A stretch of DNA of 63,803 nucleotides, counting the filler, from Sphacelaria rigidula (taxonomy: Eukaryota), in the NCBI GenBank assembly GCA_964200075.2. It is 6 parts of 6 records of this genome, joined end to end, with 100 filler letters (N's around TTAATTAATTAA, not from the genome) between each part and the next. Parts side by side here need not be neighbours in the genome. Positions count along the whole stretch, not along the records: positions 42,604 to 53,153 come from CAXNAA020006294.1; positions 53,254 to 63,803 come from CAXNAA020006295.1; 4 more parts are not named here. One strand, 5' to 3'. Position numbers and translations under genes: made by a program. The notes below the pieces were generated by a model. That model did not search any database. It had not been told where the DNA came from and was given only the letters and a program-made list of their open reading frames with translations. Shown here piece by piece: positions 50,141 to 63,160 of the stretch (positions are counted from its first letter, which is position 1; each line of letters starts with the position of its first letter).

Positions 50141-50599
50141 GTGTGGTCAGTGCAAGGTTGCGAGAGCCCATGTCTCGAACGTTTGATGACCCCGTGACAT
50201 GAGTCTGAATAAAAAAATTGAGCTTAGAGAGTACCACCTACATGATAGTACAGGGAACTTATGAAAATTGGCACACTTATCGTATTTTACGAGAAGTATC
50301 AACAACGATACCATATTCACAGAAGCATATGGCAAGTTTGGCGTGTGTATGATTGATGTCGGTGTGTAATCAAGTCTTTCTCCCCGACCCGCGGTGGACA
50401 GACCGTAATTAATCATTCCTTCTATCATGGGTGCAGTTGTGCCGTTGGGATACCGTCGATGGCACACGTATATTCAGACCGCCCAATAGGTCATCTTGAT
50501 ACCTTGATACATCGTGCATAATAAAGTCTCGTATTGTAGAACATACGGCACTGTATCTGCGTGTACATGTGTGTGCTTCCGTCACTCTTACAGCCCCCC

Positions 50600-51380
50600 C
50601 ACCCCTTCTTCTTTCTTCGGAACGAGTCCGTAGTTTGAAGAGATCAACCCGTCTCTCCTCAGGAACGCGCCATGCATTTTGGCATTGTGGGTAAGATCAG
50701 CACTGCACCTCCTCAACGCTCATCAACATACAATTTATTTACTACTGACTGTTGACGTTTTTCAACCGGTAATTAGACACCACTCAGAATAAATCGAAGG
50801 GTCCCCCTTCTGGGAATCGATGTGTCTGGGCCTTACGGCACAGCCTCAGAACCCTCTTGGACTGAAACGGGCACCCCTACCTTTGCATTACCCCCTTCCC
50901 ACCAAGATGGTGCCAGCTGTACCAATTAGACCACCGGACGCGACGTCAGATTGACTGTTGTTGTGTACACAGATGAGATATGACCTCTTGTTTGTGAAAG
51001 CACTGCCATCAAAGGAACGGGCATAACTCCTCTCGGTGACGATCTGAGGCTACAGGATCAGAATCGTCATGTGGGTATTGTGCATAGTAAGGCCTGAATA
51101 CATGCTACTGGTAGCTCACATTTTCTTTACTCACGTTTTCAAACCAAGAGCCGACAGAATGAAACCGAATTTCATCTCTGTCGGGGATTGAATCGCATCC
51201 CTCAAAACGTAGATGATACCACCAGCTGTGCTAACTGGACCACCGGAGCACGGCGTCAAAGCGCCTGTTGTGTGTATGTACGATGTATGTCCTCACGTTT
51301 GTGAAAGCAGTATGTGAAGTACGCGTAACAACTCTCGGTTACGATCTGAGACTACAGAATCAGAATCACCATGTATGTGG
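50600..51380 (-). mobile_element. cluster of tRNA-derived SINE-like fragments with a duplicated head region
   Basis: A-box-like TGGTCTAATTGG (about 50925-50936) and TGGTCCAGTTAG with B-box-like GATTCAATCCC (51183-51245) on the minus strand. 50910-51075 and 51220-51378 are similar to each other, and the body at 50610-50700 matches 20520-20600. Confidence 0.55.
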
Positions 51381-52149
51381 TGAAAGACGGTAGAATGATA
51401 TATAGTTTGTCAAGGATCAACCCTTGAATGGCTGCTTTAAGCGTTCTGTACATCAAGGTGCTCACAATATATCACTTGGAAGTTCTCACAAGACAACACT
51501 GCAAGTCAAAATACACATTTGGTACTTCTCAAGATATGAAGCCCTGACTCACTGGTTAGCTTCTTTCTTGAGGACTCGTTTAACCGAAGCAGAAGATAGC
51601 TGGGCGTAGAGTAGTTGATCAAATCCCGAAGATGTGTTCAACTAGTTTCCACAGTGCAGCTGAGTTTTTCCACAGCGGCGGCTGCAGAACAGAGTGTGGT
51701 GGAAGAGTTTTCTGCAGAAAGCCTGTCTTCCGACCCACGAGATGTTCGAGTCATCACACAAACCCGACGCGTCACAAGCTACTTCAAGCTTCACAGCGTA
51801 CGCGTCGACTTTCGAACTTTAGCAGCTCCTATTGGGCTGTGTTCAACCGGATTCGATTATCGTATGCCTGCAAAGCCACGCCATTCAACATCCCGTAACG
51901 ACGACAGCGCACGTGTTTCTCCAGACGTATCTAAAGATTATGTAATAGCTGATTTCATTTTCCGTTCTACCTACAAATATTCACACAGAAACCTAATTCT
52001 CCTACCCGTCAGTCGTATCTTGTCTGAACTTGGAGAAGAATGAGAAAGTAACTTTACACTCCTTGTTTTTGTCTCATCACATAGTTTCTCTATGCCTTCA
52101 ACACCCGAGATGTTCCATACCCTACCCAAAAGTGCGTAGGGGGATACTA

Positions 52150-52620
52150 TATACCGTTTTGACCCTTGACATACAAACACCGATGTCGGTCGAGACCAGA
52201 AACGTATTGCAAAGACGCTCGCGCCCTACCCCAATAGTTAATGATACCTCCCTTACCCTGACACCCCGGGGAGAAGCCGTGTTATCTCCTCCTCAAACAC
52301 GTTCAGGAGGGGATGTTAACTTACGTTTTGACCGGGACGGAAGAGATATCACTTTAATTGCTACCTTTTGCCTGACTCATTTATGTGGCCCCCTACCCTT
52401 CACACTCCGGGGATGACATAACTCTCACCCCTCTCCGAATGCGCCGAGGGGGTTGTTTTTTACCGTTTCGACCCGTAACGTGAGGGCCAATATGTCTGAC
52501 TGGACCGGAAGGCTATCATCATATCCTGGCCATTTATGGAAAGGTCCCACTTCAATACCCCGGGGATGAAATCATTCAACCCCCGTCAAAAACGCTATCT
52601 AATATTTCGGCCCGAAGCAG
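52150..52620. repeat. degenerate 140-170 bp tandem repeat, about 3 units
   Basis: Recurrent TAC(C)GTTT(T/C)GACC and (C/T)CCGGGGA motifs, with units starting at about 52152, 52322 and 52461. Confidence 0.45.
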
Positions 52621-53153
52621 ACGAAAGAAGATGCCCTCGGGGCTAGCAGACGTATCACTACAACTGCAATGATCTACGTTTTCATGTATGATTACTTCTC
52701 ACCACTCCCAGCACGGGGATGGTCTTTCATCTCCTCTCCAAATACGCTCAGGGGGTGATATCTACCAGTTTTCGTCTCACAACCTACGGAAGACTGTACC
52801 CCAGGGGACGCGGGAGGCATCACTAGAATTCCTATTGCCGAGATGAAAACTTCGCAAGGTGGGTTATTGTCTACATCTCGCCACATTTTGACGGACATGA
52901 ATCGACCCCTCGGTCATCGTTGCTGGAATATTTATCTGGCGCTCGGACCGTCTGATGTAACCCAAAATCACAAACATTCGGTCCACCTCCGCTAGTTTAA
53001 TGTCATCGGATCAATTTCCAAGTTGAGAATTTCGATCAATCATCCTCACTATGTCGAATTTGGCCCATCACATGTACGACACTTTCTACGTTAGCCCCCC
53101 CCCCCAAAAGTGCATGGTTTTGGGAGGCAAAATCTTCACGTAAATCGAAACGG

Positions 53154-53253
53154 NNNNNNNNNNNNNNNNNNNNNNNNNNNNNNNNNNNNNNNNNNNNTTA
53201 ATTAATTAANNNNNNNNNNNNNNNNNNNNNNNNNNNNNNNNNNNNNNNNNNNN
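53154..53253. other. artificial scaffold linker
   Basis: N44-TTAATTAATTAA-N44. Confidence 0.99.
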
Positions 53254-55600
53254 GCCGGCTCCATAAACATGTCGGGGTCACGCTCCACCAAGCGTTCCAC
53301 CGCCTCATCACGCTCCTCGGACACCTGCCCCCCCGCCTCCTGGAGAGCATCAACCGACGAGCTCACTCTGCGACTGGCCGAAATAGTAGGCGTCTCGACA
53401 CTCGAACCGGGCGACGGCATTTACGTTTTTAGGGACTCTAACAGCCCATCATATGGATTGACTTCGAGTCCCCGAAGCGTCGGTAAGCCCAACAGAACGA
53501 CACCATCCGTCCCCGACATGATCGCAAACGATATCAGGTGTAATTTTGCTGGCCCCCAGGTAGTCCTGAACGTCAAGTGTAGGGAAATCGTACGCTCCGT
53601 GACATTTATACGTGGCCCCGATGCTGTGATGGCCTGCCGCGCCCCGAGCGAGAACGGAATGCGGATTTGCTCACCAGGGAGTAGACGCTCCAGCATCTCC
53701 ACAATCAGCACCGACACGCTCGTGAAATGGGCGCCTGGATCCAACACAGCGTTGACCGATATGGCTCCCCGCGCCCGTTGATCTGGAAGATATAATTCTA
53801 CAGGGATATATTTTTCTTGATCCTCGACCGGCACCTGCTCCGCCGACTGATTTGTCGTGATTCCCACTTGGCGCCACGGCTGCGCGTACGGTGCAGGCAT
53901 AGACGCCCCCACTGGGATCACCGGCACCGCCGGCGGGTACGAAGCCCCGCCCGCAGAACCAAATTGCAGCGGTACTCAACACGCGATCTTACAAATTGGG
54001 GATGGATCTTTTATTGGGGATGAGAAACCCGGCGGATTAAAATCTTCGTACCCACACCAAATCTTCGAAATATTGTTCCATTTATTCACCTACTGATAGC
54101 TATTGATAACTGCTACACGTCACAGAAATTTGGGTTTCGATAACCGAAATTTCGGGGTCCTAGGTGAGAAACCAATATCGGAACCATTTTGGCGTCCGTT
54201 CGGACACCCGGAATTCCCCAAAATTGTTTTTTCACCTCAAACCCCAACATTTTGATGATCGAAATTCAAATTTCTATGGCGTGTAGCAGTTGTCAATAGC
54301 TATCAGTAGGTGAATAAATGGAACAATATTTCGAAGATTTGGTGTGGATAGGAAGATTTTAATCCGCCGGGTTTCTCATCCCCAATAAAATATCCATCCC
54401 CAATTTGTAAGATCCCGTGTTACTCCGGCCGACGCAGCAGCGGATCCAAATTCCAGCTGAAATCCGGCCGGCTCAGCACCAGGCGTTTCGCCTTGCTCTG
54501 CTGCCGGCGGCGCCGGCACCGAGCCCGACACTAGAGTGGTCGGTCCCACCTGCACCATCCGTTGCGGAGCAGCAGCCCCTGTGGCTGAGCCGGACCCAGA
54601 ACTGGACCCCTGCTGACGCCCGTGCCCCTGCTGCTGCTGCTGCTGCTGCTGGGAACTCGACTGTACACCTCCACCGCTGGAGGATCCGCCTCCGCCACCA
54701 CCCCCATTACCTTTTCCTCCTTTGTGATTGCGAGGGCACGCGGCACTCGTCTGCCCATACTCCCTCTCGGTAGGCGTTGGGCACTTGCGTGCGTAGTGGC
54801 CTACCTGGCCACACTGAAAGCAAGTGATATTGACGGCAGCACTTCCTGCGGATTTTGATCCGCGGTTACGCGAGCTCGAAGACTGCGGCGACGAAGTGGA
54901 TAATTTCCCGAATACTTCAATCTTCCGCCATGCCTGAGCCTCAGCCACCACGGTATCCATAACTAAGTACGGGTCTGACTTCCAATTGGTTTCGTGCTGT
55001 AATTGCACACGTACGGCCTGTTTGAATTCCGCCGGTGCCAGACCCTGCATCACCGCTTTCGTGATCACCGCAGCGGGCCCTGGACATAATTTCCCATCGG
55101 AGGAACGATAAATCATCTCGACGTTGAGATTTTCCGAAAAATATGTCTCCAACTTTCCCATGATTGGCTTCACCCTCTCACGCATGGTCTTCCCCTTGTG
55201 GTTCATGGCGACAGCCTTCGCCACGGCCGCGGACGCCTGGGTTAGCTCTACCTCAGCGCCCGCCACATGCCCTGCATACTTCTTGATCGCTGCAGCCAAT
55301 TGCAGCGGCGTTGTTGTGTTCTTCTCATGGAGTCTTCTAGCAAAAACGCGTCGGAAACCACCTGATGCCTTCCCGCACCCCCCGCATTCGCATGCTCCAC
55401 CCGCTTCTTGTATTCCACGTATTTTGTATGAAACGAACGAGAAGCACACTCAGACTACAAATTCCCGTAACTGGGAGGCCGCAACTCTTCTTTCAGAACA
55501 ACTGGAGTTACGGTCGTCTCCGCTGGCTCTTCGGTCAGTACCTCTGTAGTCGACATTTCCGAGCGGACCTAATCGAAGGCTGCTGAACCTTCTCGAACTC
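53254..55600 (-). mobile_element. gag: Ty3/gypsy-type LTR retrotransposon gag-protease region, disrupted
   Basis: CCHC knuckle CFQCGQVGHYARKC and aspartic protease motif AVLDPGA...VVLLGLPTL. Interrupted by the MITE at 53978-54421, with stops/frameshifts; cut by the scaffold edge. Confidence 0.85.
53978..54421. mobile_element. 444-bp foldback MITE, AAC...GTT termini, 4-bp TSD ACTC
   Basis: About 150-bp near-perfect inverted arms; ACTC at 53974-53977 and 54422-54425. Removing the element plus one TSD restores the gag-pro frame (SAGVPLQFGSAGG). Confidence 0.92.
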
Positions 55601-56296
55601 CACAGTTCGCACCTGCCTTCGTCGCCGCACCACACAGCCGTGGGGTCCTATAAACTCCCGCTGCACGCAGCTCCGGCAAGTCTCCAGTCTGGATCAATCA
55701 CGGGCCAGCCACCTTTGCAGCTACACTCTAACGAGCGGTATTTTTAAACTTCGCCGATCCGGAAATGGCAGTATCATGCGACGAGTATTTCATTGCACCG
55801 TAAAGTCGAGTGTGGATTTGCATCGACCAAGCTCACGAGCCTCAATATGATTGGCCTACATACCCCCAAGAGTCATGCTACGATAGGGGGGGGGGGGGTG
55901 TTCGATTCCACGAAAAAATGGGCTCAGAGGTGCGTCAGACGACCCAACACACTCGCGGTGCGCTTGTGTGTGGGTAAAAGCGATATCAAACAGTAAGAAT
56001 GAGCGTTGCGCAAATCGGAAGCGAGCGCGTTCGAAGTCCTGTCGCTGCTATCAACGACGATTGCAAGTAGAAATTCGTGGAAGAAAACGGCCCAAAATAC
56101 CACCCCCCCTACCGTAGCATGACTCCCAAGTGATAGTTTTATACTACTTCACGACCCTCTAACTCGTGCATGGTTTTATCCTCGGCCAAGTCTTGAGTGA
56201 CGGTTCGCACCTGACTCTTCAAAGACACCATACATCACTGCATCATTGTTCAACCCACGTCTCAGGGGACTTTTTCAAATTGGCCCTTTACGAACA

Positions 56297-56306
56297 TGTG
56301 TGTGTG

Positions 56307-56370
<64 letters not shown>

Positions 56371-57900
56371 GTCTCATCTGTTCTGGACCCCAGTCTGCAT
56401 CTTCCGGTATATGTGGCGTCAGCCGAGATCATACACAGGAGGAAGGTCAACACAGGAGTTTTCCCGTTTTTTATTTTGTTTTAGCACCCCAACCTCCGTT
56501 TGCAGTGCTTGTTTTGCTTTTATCTCAAGAAGGGTTAGACGGTCCTTTACCTTGTCTACCGTGAAGTGTAAGTTTGTGTACCCACGACATCGTCGCTCTC
56601 CATTGTAGGACTTCATATGAGGGCAATATTTTACCGTACACCAACGACTTCAGAAAAGCCCCACCTTTCAGACCTTGAGATAGCGAGATTCCAGCCATCG
56701 TTAAATGACAGAGCATCCGTCCGTGAGCACACCAGGCCAGCCTCATCAGCCCATCCAACTGTGTATCCATCGCTCATTTTGTCTCCTCATCCGAAATAAT
56801 TTGCGCCTTTACAGGCCATCCGACTCTCCCGACCCAGGCATGGTTGGATTCCCGTAGTCTCATTAAAATCGACTTATGTTTCCCGGAACGTTATCACCTC
56901 GATACATGCTTCGGACTCTGGCTCCCAACCCAGACATGGGCGAGCCCACAAAACCAACCCAAACTTCTCGAAGAGTTCATTTGCTCGCACAATGTCCCGT
57001 CCCACTTCACGTGGTACAGACAGCCCTTCATGCATGACTACAGCGCCGTGACTCTAAGCATTACTCCTTCCATTTTCTGCCGCCCCCGCTAGAGACACAA
57101 AAACCGACCCATAGAAACCGACCCGATGGCCCCCCTTGCTGCTTGTTTCTTCCTTCTCGCTGGCACTTCCTCTCTTGCCTTTGCCAACTCCTACATTCCT
57201 GTATGATAAGCGTACCACTCAGCCATGCAACAGCCGTCGCTCTAAACCAATGTACAACACATTCCAGATCCGTTTACTGAAGGACCAAGCACAAATAGCG
57301 GCTACTGTTGTTCAAACCGTGGCAATTAATTTCATTTATGACAGAGTCTCCTCGAAAATGGGGTTCTCGATCGCGGTGGGGTTCAACCTGCCTCTGGAGT
57401 CGGGAATTCATGCCGAAATAGTTTGCAAAACGAAATGTTTTGGATAGTTTGTTTACGATAGAAGCTCAACAGGTGTGGCTAGGTGCACCCATTAATGCGG
57501 TGTACACGTGTGTCGATAAAGATGCCACCGGAGGAGCAACGGCGGAAAAAAAGATCCTCGCCCTTCTCCCTTGTGTGTTTTTGTTCGGTGATTCCCAATC
57601 GCTAGACAGATTGGCATCATCTTACCACCACATACCTAATGTTTCAACCCCTTCGTCAGCTCAAGAACGGCAGGTGGTCGTTGGACAATCCAAAAAAGAA
57701 CCGGGTTGCTAAATCTTGAGTGATGTATTCGTGTCGTATCTGTGGAGCTGACCAGTGCAAACATCGATTCCTTTCGGCCTCTATTTTTGGACAGGATGTG
57801 CCTCTGTGCGCCACAGAACACGTCGTCGAAAAACAGGGCGATGTTTCTGTCACCGCTATCCCCTTGTCGTGTACACATGTGCGAGCGATGGCCATTCCGT
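56297..57900 (-). mobile_element. decayed LINE with (AC)n tail
   Basis: (GT)n at 56297-56365 abuts the terminus shared with 13057-13305. Upstream on the minus strand, RQGDSGDRNIALFFDDV resembles the RT RQG..LSP.LF..DD motif. The 5' limit is approximate. Confidence 0.5.
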
Positions 57901-58139
57901 GAAGATACAATCGCTTGTGGGGAGTGTTATCGTTATTTTGGCCTATAATAGGCTTGGTACAAGGGCAGTCGTGCACATCCGGGCTGGGGGAATGTAGTAG
58001 ACAACCCGCGCCCATGGATAGTTTCGAACATGAAATTTCAAAACGAGAGACTCCATGTTTTTATTCTGCCCCCCTCCCCCCCTCCACTAAATGTCGGAGG
58101 TGTTTGAAGTAGGAACGGTACTCCATCTCAGAAAGGATG

Positions 58140-61100
58140 TGTCATGCGTCCCCAAAAAGGATGGAAAAAAGGATGGAAACATGCGCACAACCGTGAATTA
58201 CCAACGGTTGAATCGCGTCACTGTCGTCGGTAAACTTCCAATTCCCCGCATTGACGAAGTCTTAGACTCCTTAGGCGAAGGAAAAATAATCAGCACCTTC
58301 GACCTCGCTTCTGGATTTTTTCATAATGCTATTCACCCTGACACAGTCCCACTGGCGGCCTTTTGTACCTCGTCCGAACTCTACGAGTGGCTTCGAATGC
58401 AATAAGGCGCTGCCACTGCTCCGGGATGCTTTCAACGCTTAATGCAACGCGTCACCGAGGGCCTCGAGCACATCATCATGTACCTGGATGACGCTATCGG
58501 TGTCGATGCCTTACTTATTGCATATATCCGCACTCTACGAGAATTTCTCTCTCGCCTACGAACACACGATTTGAAACTGTCTCCATCCAAAGCTCGCCTG
58601 GGTGCGACTGACTTGGATTACCTGGGGCATTTCATTTCGCCAGCAGGCCTGCATCCGGATACAAACAAAGTCAAGGCGATGACTGACTTGCCGATGCCAA
58701 CTAACATTTCTCAACTTCGCTCATTGTGGGGCGGACTTTCCTACTACCGCAATTTTTTGCCGAATCTCTCGAAACGGATTTCCCCCTCACTGAGCTACTC
58801 AAGAAAGGGGTCGTGTTTTCCTTCACAACCGAAATGGAGAATATCACCTGCGAATTACTCAAGACGCTTTCCGAAAAGCCGGTACTCTGCTTTCCTCATT
58901 GGGAGGCAGTACAAGATGGCTCTCGCCTTTCCCAACTCCACACTGACGCCAGCACAAACGGATTTGGAGGAATTTTGAATCAACCTCAGGTTGATGGCTC
59001 CGTCCGACCCACCCTTTATATCAGCCGCGCTACCCTGCCCAACGAGGCCAATTGGAGCCCGCTAGAACTGGAAGGCGGAGTAATCACTTGGGCCATTAAG
59101 CGCCTTCGACAATATTTGTTTCATGTGCCCTTCGATATCCATACGGACCATGGGGCATTCGAACAACGCGCCAAGGTTGGCGAACACAACCCACGTGTAC
59201 AACGATGGTTGGAGTTTCTAACAGCGTACCAGTATACCATTAAGCACCGTCCAGGCAAAACCAACGGGAACGCTGATCTTCTGTCTCGCCTACCCCTGCC
59301 GCCTACGGCCGCAGATTCCAGCCCGGCTTGCCGTTTAACGGAACCCGATGAACCTGGAACTTACGCGATTAGACGTTTTTCGACGCCCGTTTATGCCCTC
59401 GACCTCCAGTGCCCAGACACTGGTATGCATATGGGAGGACCTCGCCCTCTACCATATGACGCCGTCTTGGGTGGATTAGCGCCCACTACCTCCGATTTTG
59501 TCGATTTCCGTACTTTCGGTACTCGCGCCAAGCTCTTCACGGAGACACCTTCGGTCACCCACGTAATCTCCGACAACACGCGCTCCCGGTCTGCCGCCCG
59601 CACCACCCCGAGTGCCCCGCCGCCACCGATAGCACCTGCACATTCCACGAGCCATGCAACACGGGTCCCACGGACCAGCACCCAACGCTCCTCGATCACT
59701 CTTGCAACGTGCACTACGCGCCGCGAACAATCTTCGCCGCACACTACTACAGCCCCGCCGCCTATAACGGCGCCACCAACATCTACCACTCCTGATCATG
59801 GAGCTGACGAGGTAGCTCCTGCTCCCGGGGCAGATATTCCTATTCCTTTTCCTTTTCCTATTCCCCCGCTGCCTACCCCACCATGTTTGGTCGACTCGCC
59901 AGCGGAAGGTCAACTACGCGAGTTTCTCGCCGGCTACTATCACCGCGATTGGGCTTGCGAACAAAACGCGGAACCGCTATGTCGCGCAGCCATCCGATAC
60001 TTACAACTCGACTGCCCAGTCCCTTTTCTATCCGCCCTTCTGGCCCCTGTTGGCACACTCCCACCACCAGTTATTTCTGACGTATACGAAGACCACGGCT
60101 GAACCCCGGGGGGTCAGTTAAAGTGCGACAATCAAAATCAAAATCATCAATCATCATACGAACTCGTGCGTAAAGGCACCCTTTTTACTACGGGTGAGGT
60201 GTACAACTACTCGTGCGTCGCGTCACGCCCTTGACAGGCGCAATTTCCGTCTCAACCACGGACACCACGCACGACTACTCGATGACGAACCGACGCGCAT
60301 ATATGTCCCATTATTAATGCGCCCCTGGGTTATGAAAGGCTGCCTCACAGACTTGTCATGGCACCTTGGCGTCACCCGCACCCTCGCGCTCCTGGAACGC
60401 TTCTGCTGGTGGGTTGGCATGGAAGTTTCCACCCGCTTCTGGATCGGCGATGCTTCAAATGCCAAGCCCGAAAGACTTCCCGGCAGACAGTACGCTGGCC
60501 CGTCATCTCTATGGGACTCCCCAACGAGCCAGACCACCTTGTGTCCTTTGACTACTTTGGTCCTCGTCCGACCACAGGTCGCGGCAACACCTACATCTTA
60601 CTCTTTACTGACCGCTTCAGCCGCCACGCGTCCATGTACGCGGTAACCGCCGCAGATTTCACTGCCGCCGGAACGGCTGAGATATTGGCCCACAACTACA
60701 TTAAGCACTACGGTTGCCCAAAGCGACTCCTTTCAGACAATAGTCGGCAATTTTGCTCAGATCTCTTTGATGAGCTTCACAAGCTCCTGGGCATCCGCCA
60801 AATTGCCACGAGCGCCTACCACCCGAGCGGTAACGGTGGTACCGAAAAAGTTAATCACACCATGGCCCAGATGCTCTCTAGTTGTCAATAACCGCCAAAA
60901 TGACTGGGACCTACATCTCTCGCACACCACGTTGTCCTACAACAACTCGGTTAACGCCGCCACAGGTCTTTCTCCGAATGAACTCTATCTTGGACGTTAC
61001 CCACGGCTACCCATCACCGTGTTTGAGCGACACACGTTCGACGGCCACCAAGGATTGGATCGGGATCAGATATCCTACCACGAGCAAGCGCATACACGAC

Positions 61101-62210
61101 AACGCAAAGCGTTTACTCTCGTGCGCGAACAACACGCGACCAACGCCTCGCGCCTAGAGAGATCTAACACTGCTCTCTACAACCTCATGCACAAACGCCC
61201 CAACTGGAAAGTTGGTGATTGGGTTTGGATCTACAACAGTTTGTCGATCATCCGCCAAGGCACCAGCAAGGCAGCCAACGAAATAATTTTGAAGATAAAA
61301 TTGTCCCTCAATTGGACAGGACCATTCAAGATCCTGACAGTCGGGCCATCGTCATCATCACCGGATGATAAGCCCGTTGGTGACAAACTGCTCTATCTCG
61401 ACTTGCCTCGCGACTTCCAGGGCAAGGACACCAAACCCCGCGTCTCCGTGCACAGATGCAGACCCTGCACGAACCCACATGATACAAGCGACATGCCCAA
61501 GTACCTGCCTGCCGGACTCACACAGCATGTTTTCGACAGCTACTCGACCAAGTCCCCGCCCTGCCACGTTACAACCGATGACGTGACGTAACAGTCCCTC
61601 CGATTGACCGTGTCCTCCAACTCCGGCCACCAGATCAATCGTGGCCGAGGTGGAAAAATCGCTGTCATGTATTATAAGACACACTGGCACGGTCTCCGGA
61701 GAGCGTCTTGGGAACGCGAATCCGACCTTCAATTGCACCACCGTGCAACCCTCCTGTACTGGACGCAATCCCAACATCAGCATCTTGCTCACAACAAGAA
61801 ATATCGCAACATGCGTCGTGGCGCAGCAGCCCGCGAACTTCATCGCGATTAAGGACTACGCCTCGTCGCCGATGGTTACGAAATTATACCCACCAACACT
61901 TGTAAGACGAAGTTTTTCGCAAACTAGCGAATACTGCCCAAGGGTAGCTACCTTTGGTTCAAAGATAGCGACAACCTCTGGTGGTTGGGTCAGACCCACT
62001 CCGCTAACCTGGTTTCGGGCGACACATACATTGTGCGCTTCATCAATGACCCTGGATCCGTACAGCTCAAGCTCCGGTCAGCACTATACACCACCAGCCC
62101 ATCTGCACCACGTGGATCCTGGTGCCTCCAGCGCCTCAAGTCCAAAGGACTTCGCCGCGGTCTCCAGCGCAACATCGACCACACCCACGACGTCCACGCC
62201 CCGCTTTGAA
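58140..62210 (+). mobile_element. pol: Ty3/gypsy pol pseudogene: RT, RNase H, integrase, chromodomain-like C-terminus
   Basis: VPKKDG..R..VNYQRLN, LPIPRIDEVLD, FDLASGF and YLDD (RT); LHTDAS, ELEGG, TDH and NADLLSRL (RNase H); HLGVTRTL..CFKCQARK, SFDYFGP, LLSDN, AYHPSGNGGTE (integrase); YKTHWHGL..SWERESDL. Multiple stops and frameshifts. Confidence 0.93.
60091..60155 (+). mobile_element. 65-bp (AATC)-tailed retroposon insertion with 7-bp TSD
   Basis: ATACGAA at 60084-60090 and 60156-60162. Removing it restores the pol frame (DVYELVRKG). Confidence 0.9.
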
Positions 62211-62460
62211 CCACGCTCCTTCGTCGCAACTGTTGCCCCTCACCCCCCTCCCCCTTTTCTGTAGCATTGTTTGCCCTCCCTTTCCCACTAGGATTCTCTT
62301 CTACGACATCACAACAGGGTGACCTACATCGGACGACGATCGAAGAATTACTGAAGACGGCCACCATTTACACCTGCTGGAGCCTTAGTATTCCCTTGCG
62401 GCTGGCGCTTGATCTCGTCGGATCACCGATTTTCAGATTTCTGATCTTGCAATTCTTGCA

Positions 62461-62840
62461 CTTTTGGACCCCCCCAGGACTAATGCCGAGATAGCCCCCA
62501 CCAAGAAGTGCACCGGAGACCGTCCGACAAACCGGCTGCGATCTCACTATTGGGCTCGTTTTTCAGCAATGTCGCCCACATGAGAGGCGTATAGCAGTCC
62601 GAAATAAGCTAAGACGGCCGAATGAGTCGCGTCGTGCAGCACGAAACCGGCTCTAACGGGATTTATGATCGTCCCTTCGGTGCACTTTCTTTACCGGTTT
62701 GAGGGGGGGGGGCTATCTCGGCAGCAGTCCCAGGTTGAAGCTCTGCTCCCTGTTGTACCTTTGGATTTCCCCAGGTTGAATCTCTGCCTCCTGTTGTAAC
62801 TTTGGAATCCTCCAGGTTAGAGCTCTGCTTGCTGTTGTAC
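62461..62840. repeat. three ~41-bp tandem units, the first split by a MITE
   Basis: CTTTGGA....CCAGGTT.A..TCTGC....TGTTGTA repeated three times once 62478-62733 is removed. Confidence 0.7.
62478..62729. mobile_element. 252-bp MITE, GAC...GTC termini, 4-bp TSD CCAG
   Basis: Reverse-complement copy of 14682-14930; CCAG at 62474-62477 and 62730-62733. Confidence 0.87.
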
Positions 62841-63160
62841 CTCCCTGTTTTCCCCCTTGGTTTTGCTAGGACGCCGGAGCAATTTGTGCTTCTTCGTTGA
62901 TCGCTAGCACGCAGAAGCAGTTTGTGCTTCCGCGTTTCGGAGCAGTTTTTCTGCTCCTCGAAGCAGTCTGTGATTCCATTCATTTGAGGTGTGGGAGTGG
63001 GTACGCGAGTGTTGGATATGGGAGTGTTGGGTACGGGAGTGTTTTCTCAGGTACGCTTCATTAGCCGCGCATGACTTTACGGGTATAGAAAAACCTTAGT
63101 TTTCGCTGTTTTGAGGATAGATCCTCGCAGCTGTAATAAAGGGTCGTTTGGGTGGGTTAG

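Noticed and set aside
49148-50237. Long ORFs of up to 288 aa
   Set aside because: By-products of pentamer low-complexity sequence lacking stop codons.
55690-55715. Possible tRNA primer-binding site of the minus-strand gypsy element
   Set aside because: Imperfect match, and no adjacent LTR end could be defined.
62700-62730. G tract as the gypsy polypurine tract
   Set aside because: It belongs to the TIR of the 252-bp MITE, which is also present at 14682-14930.
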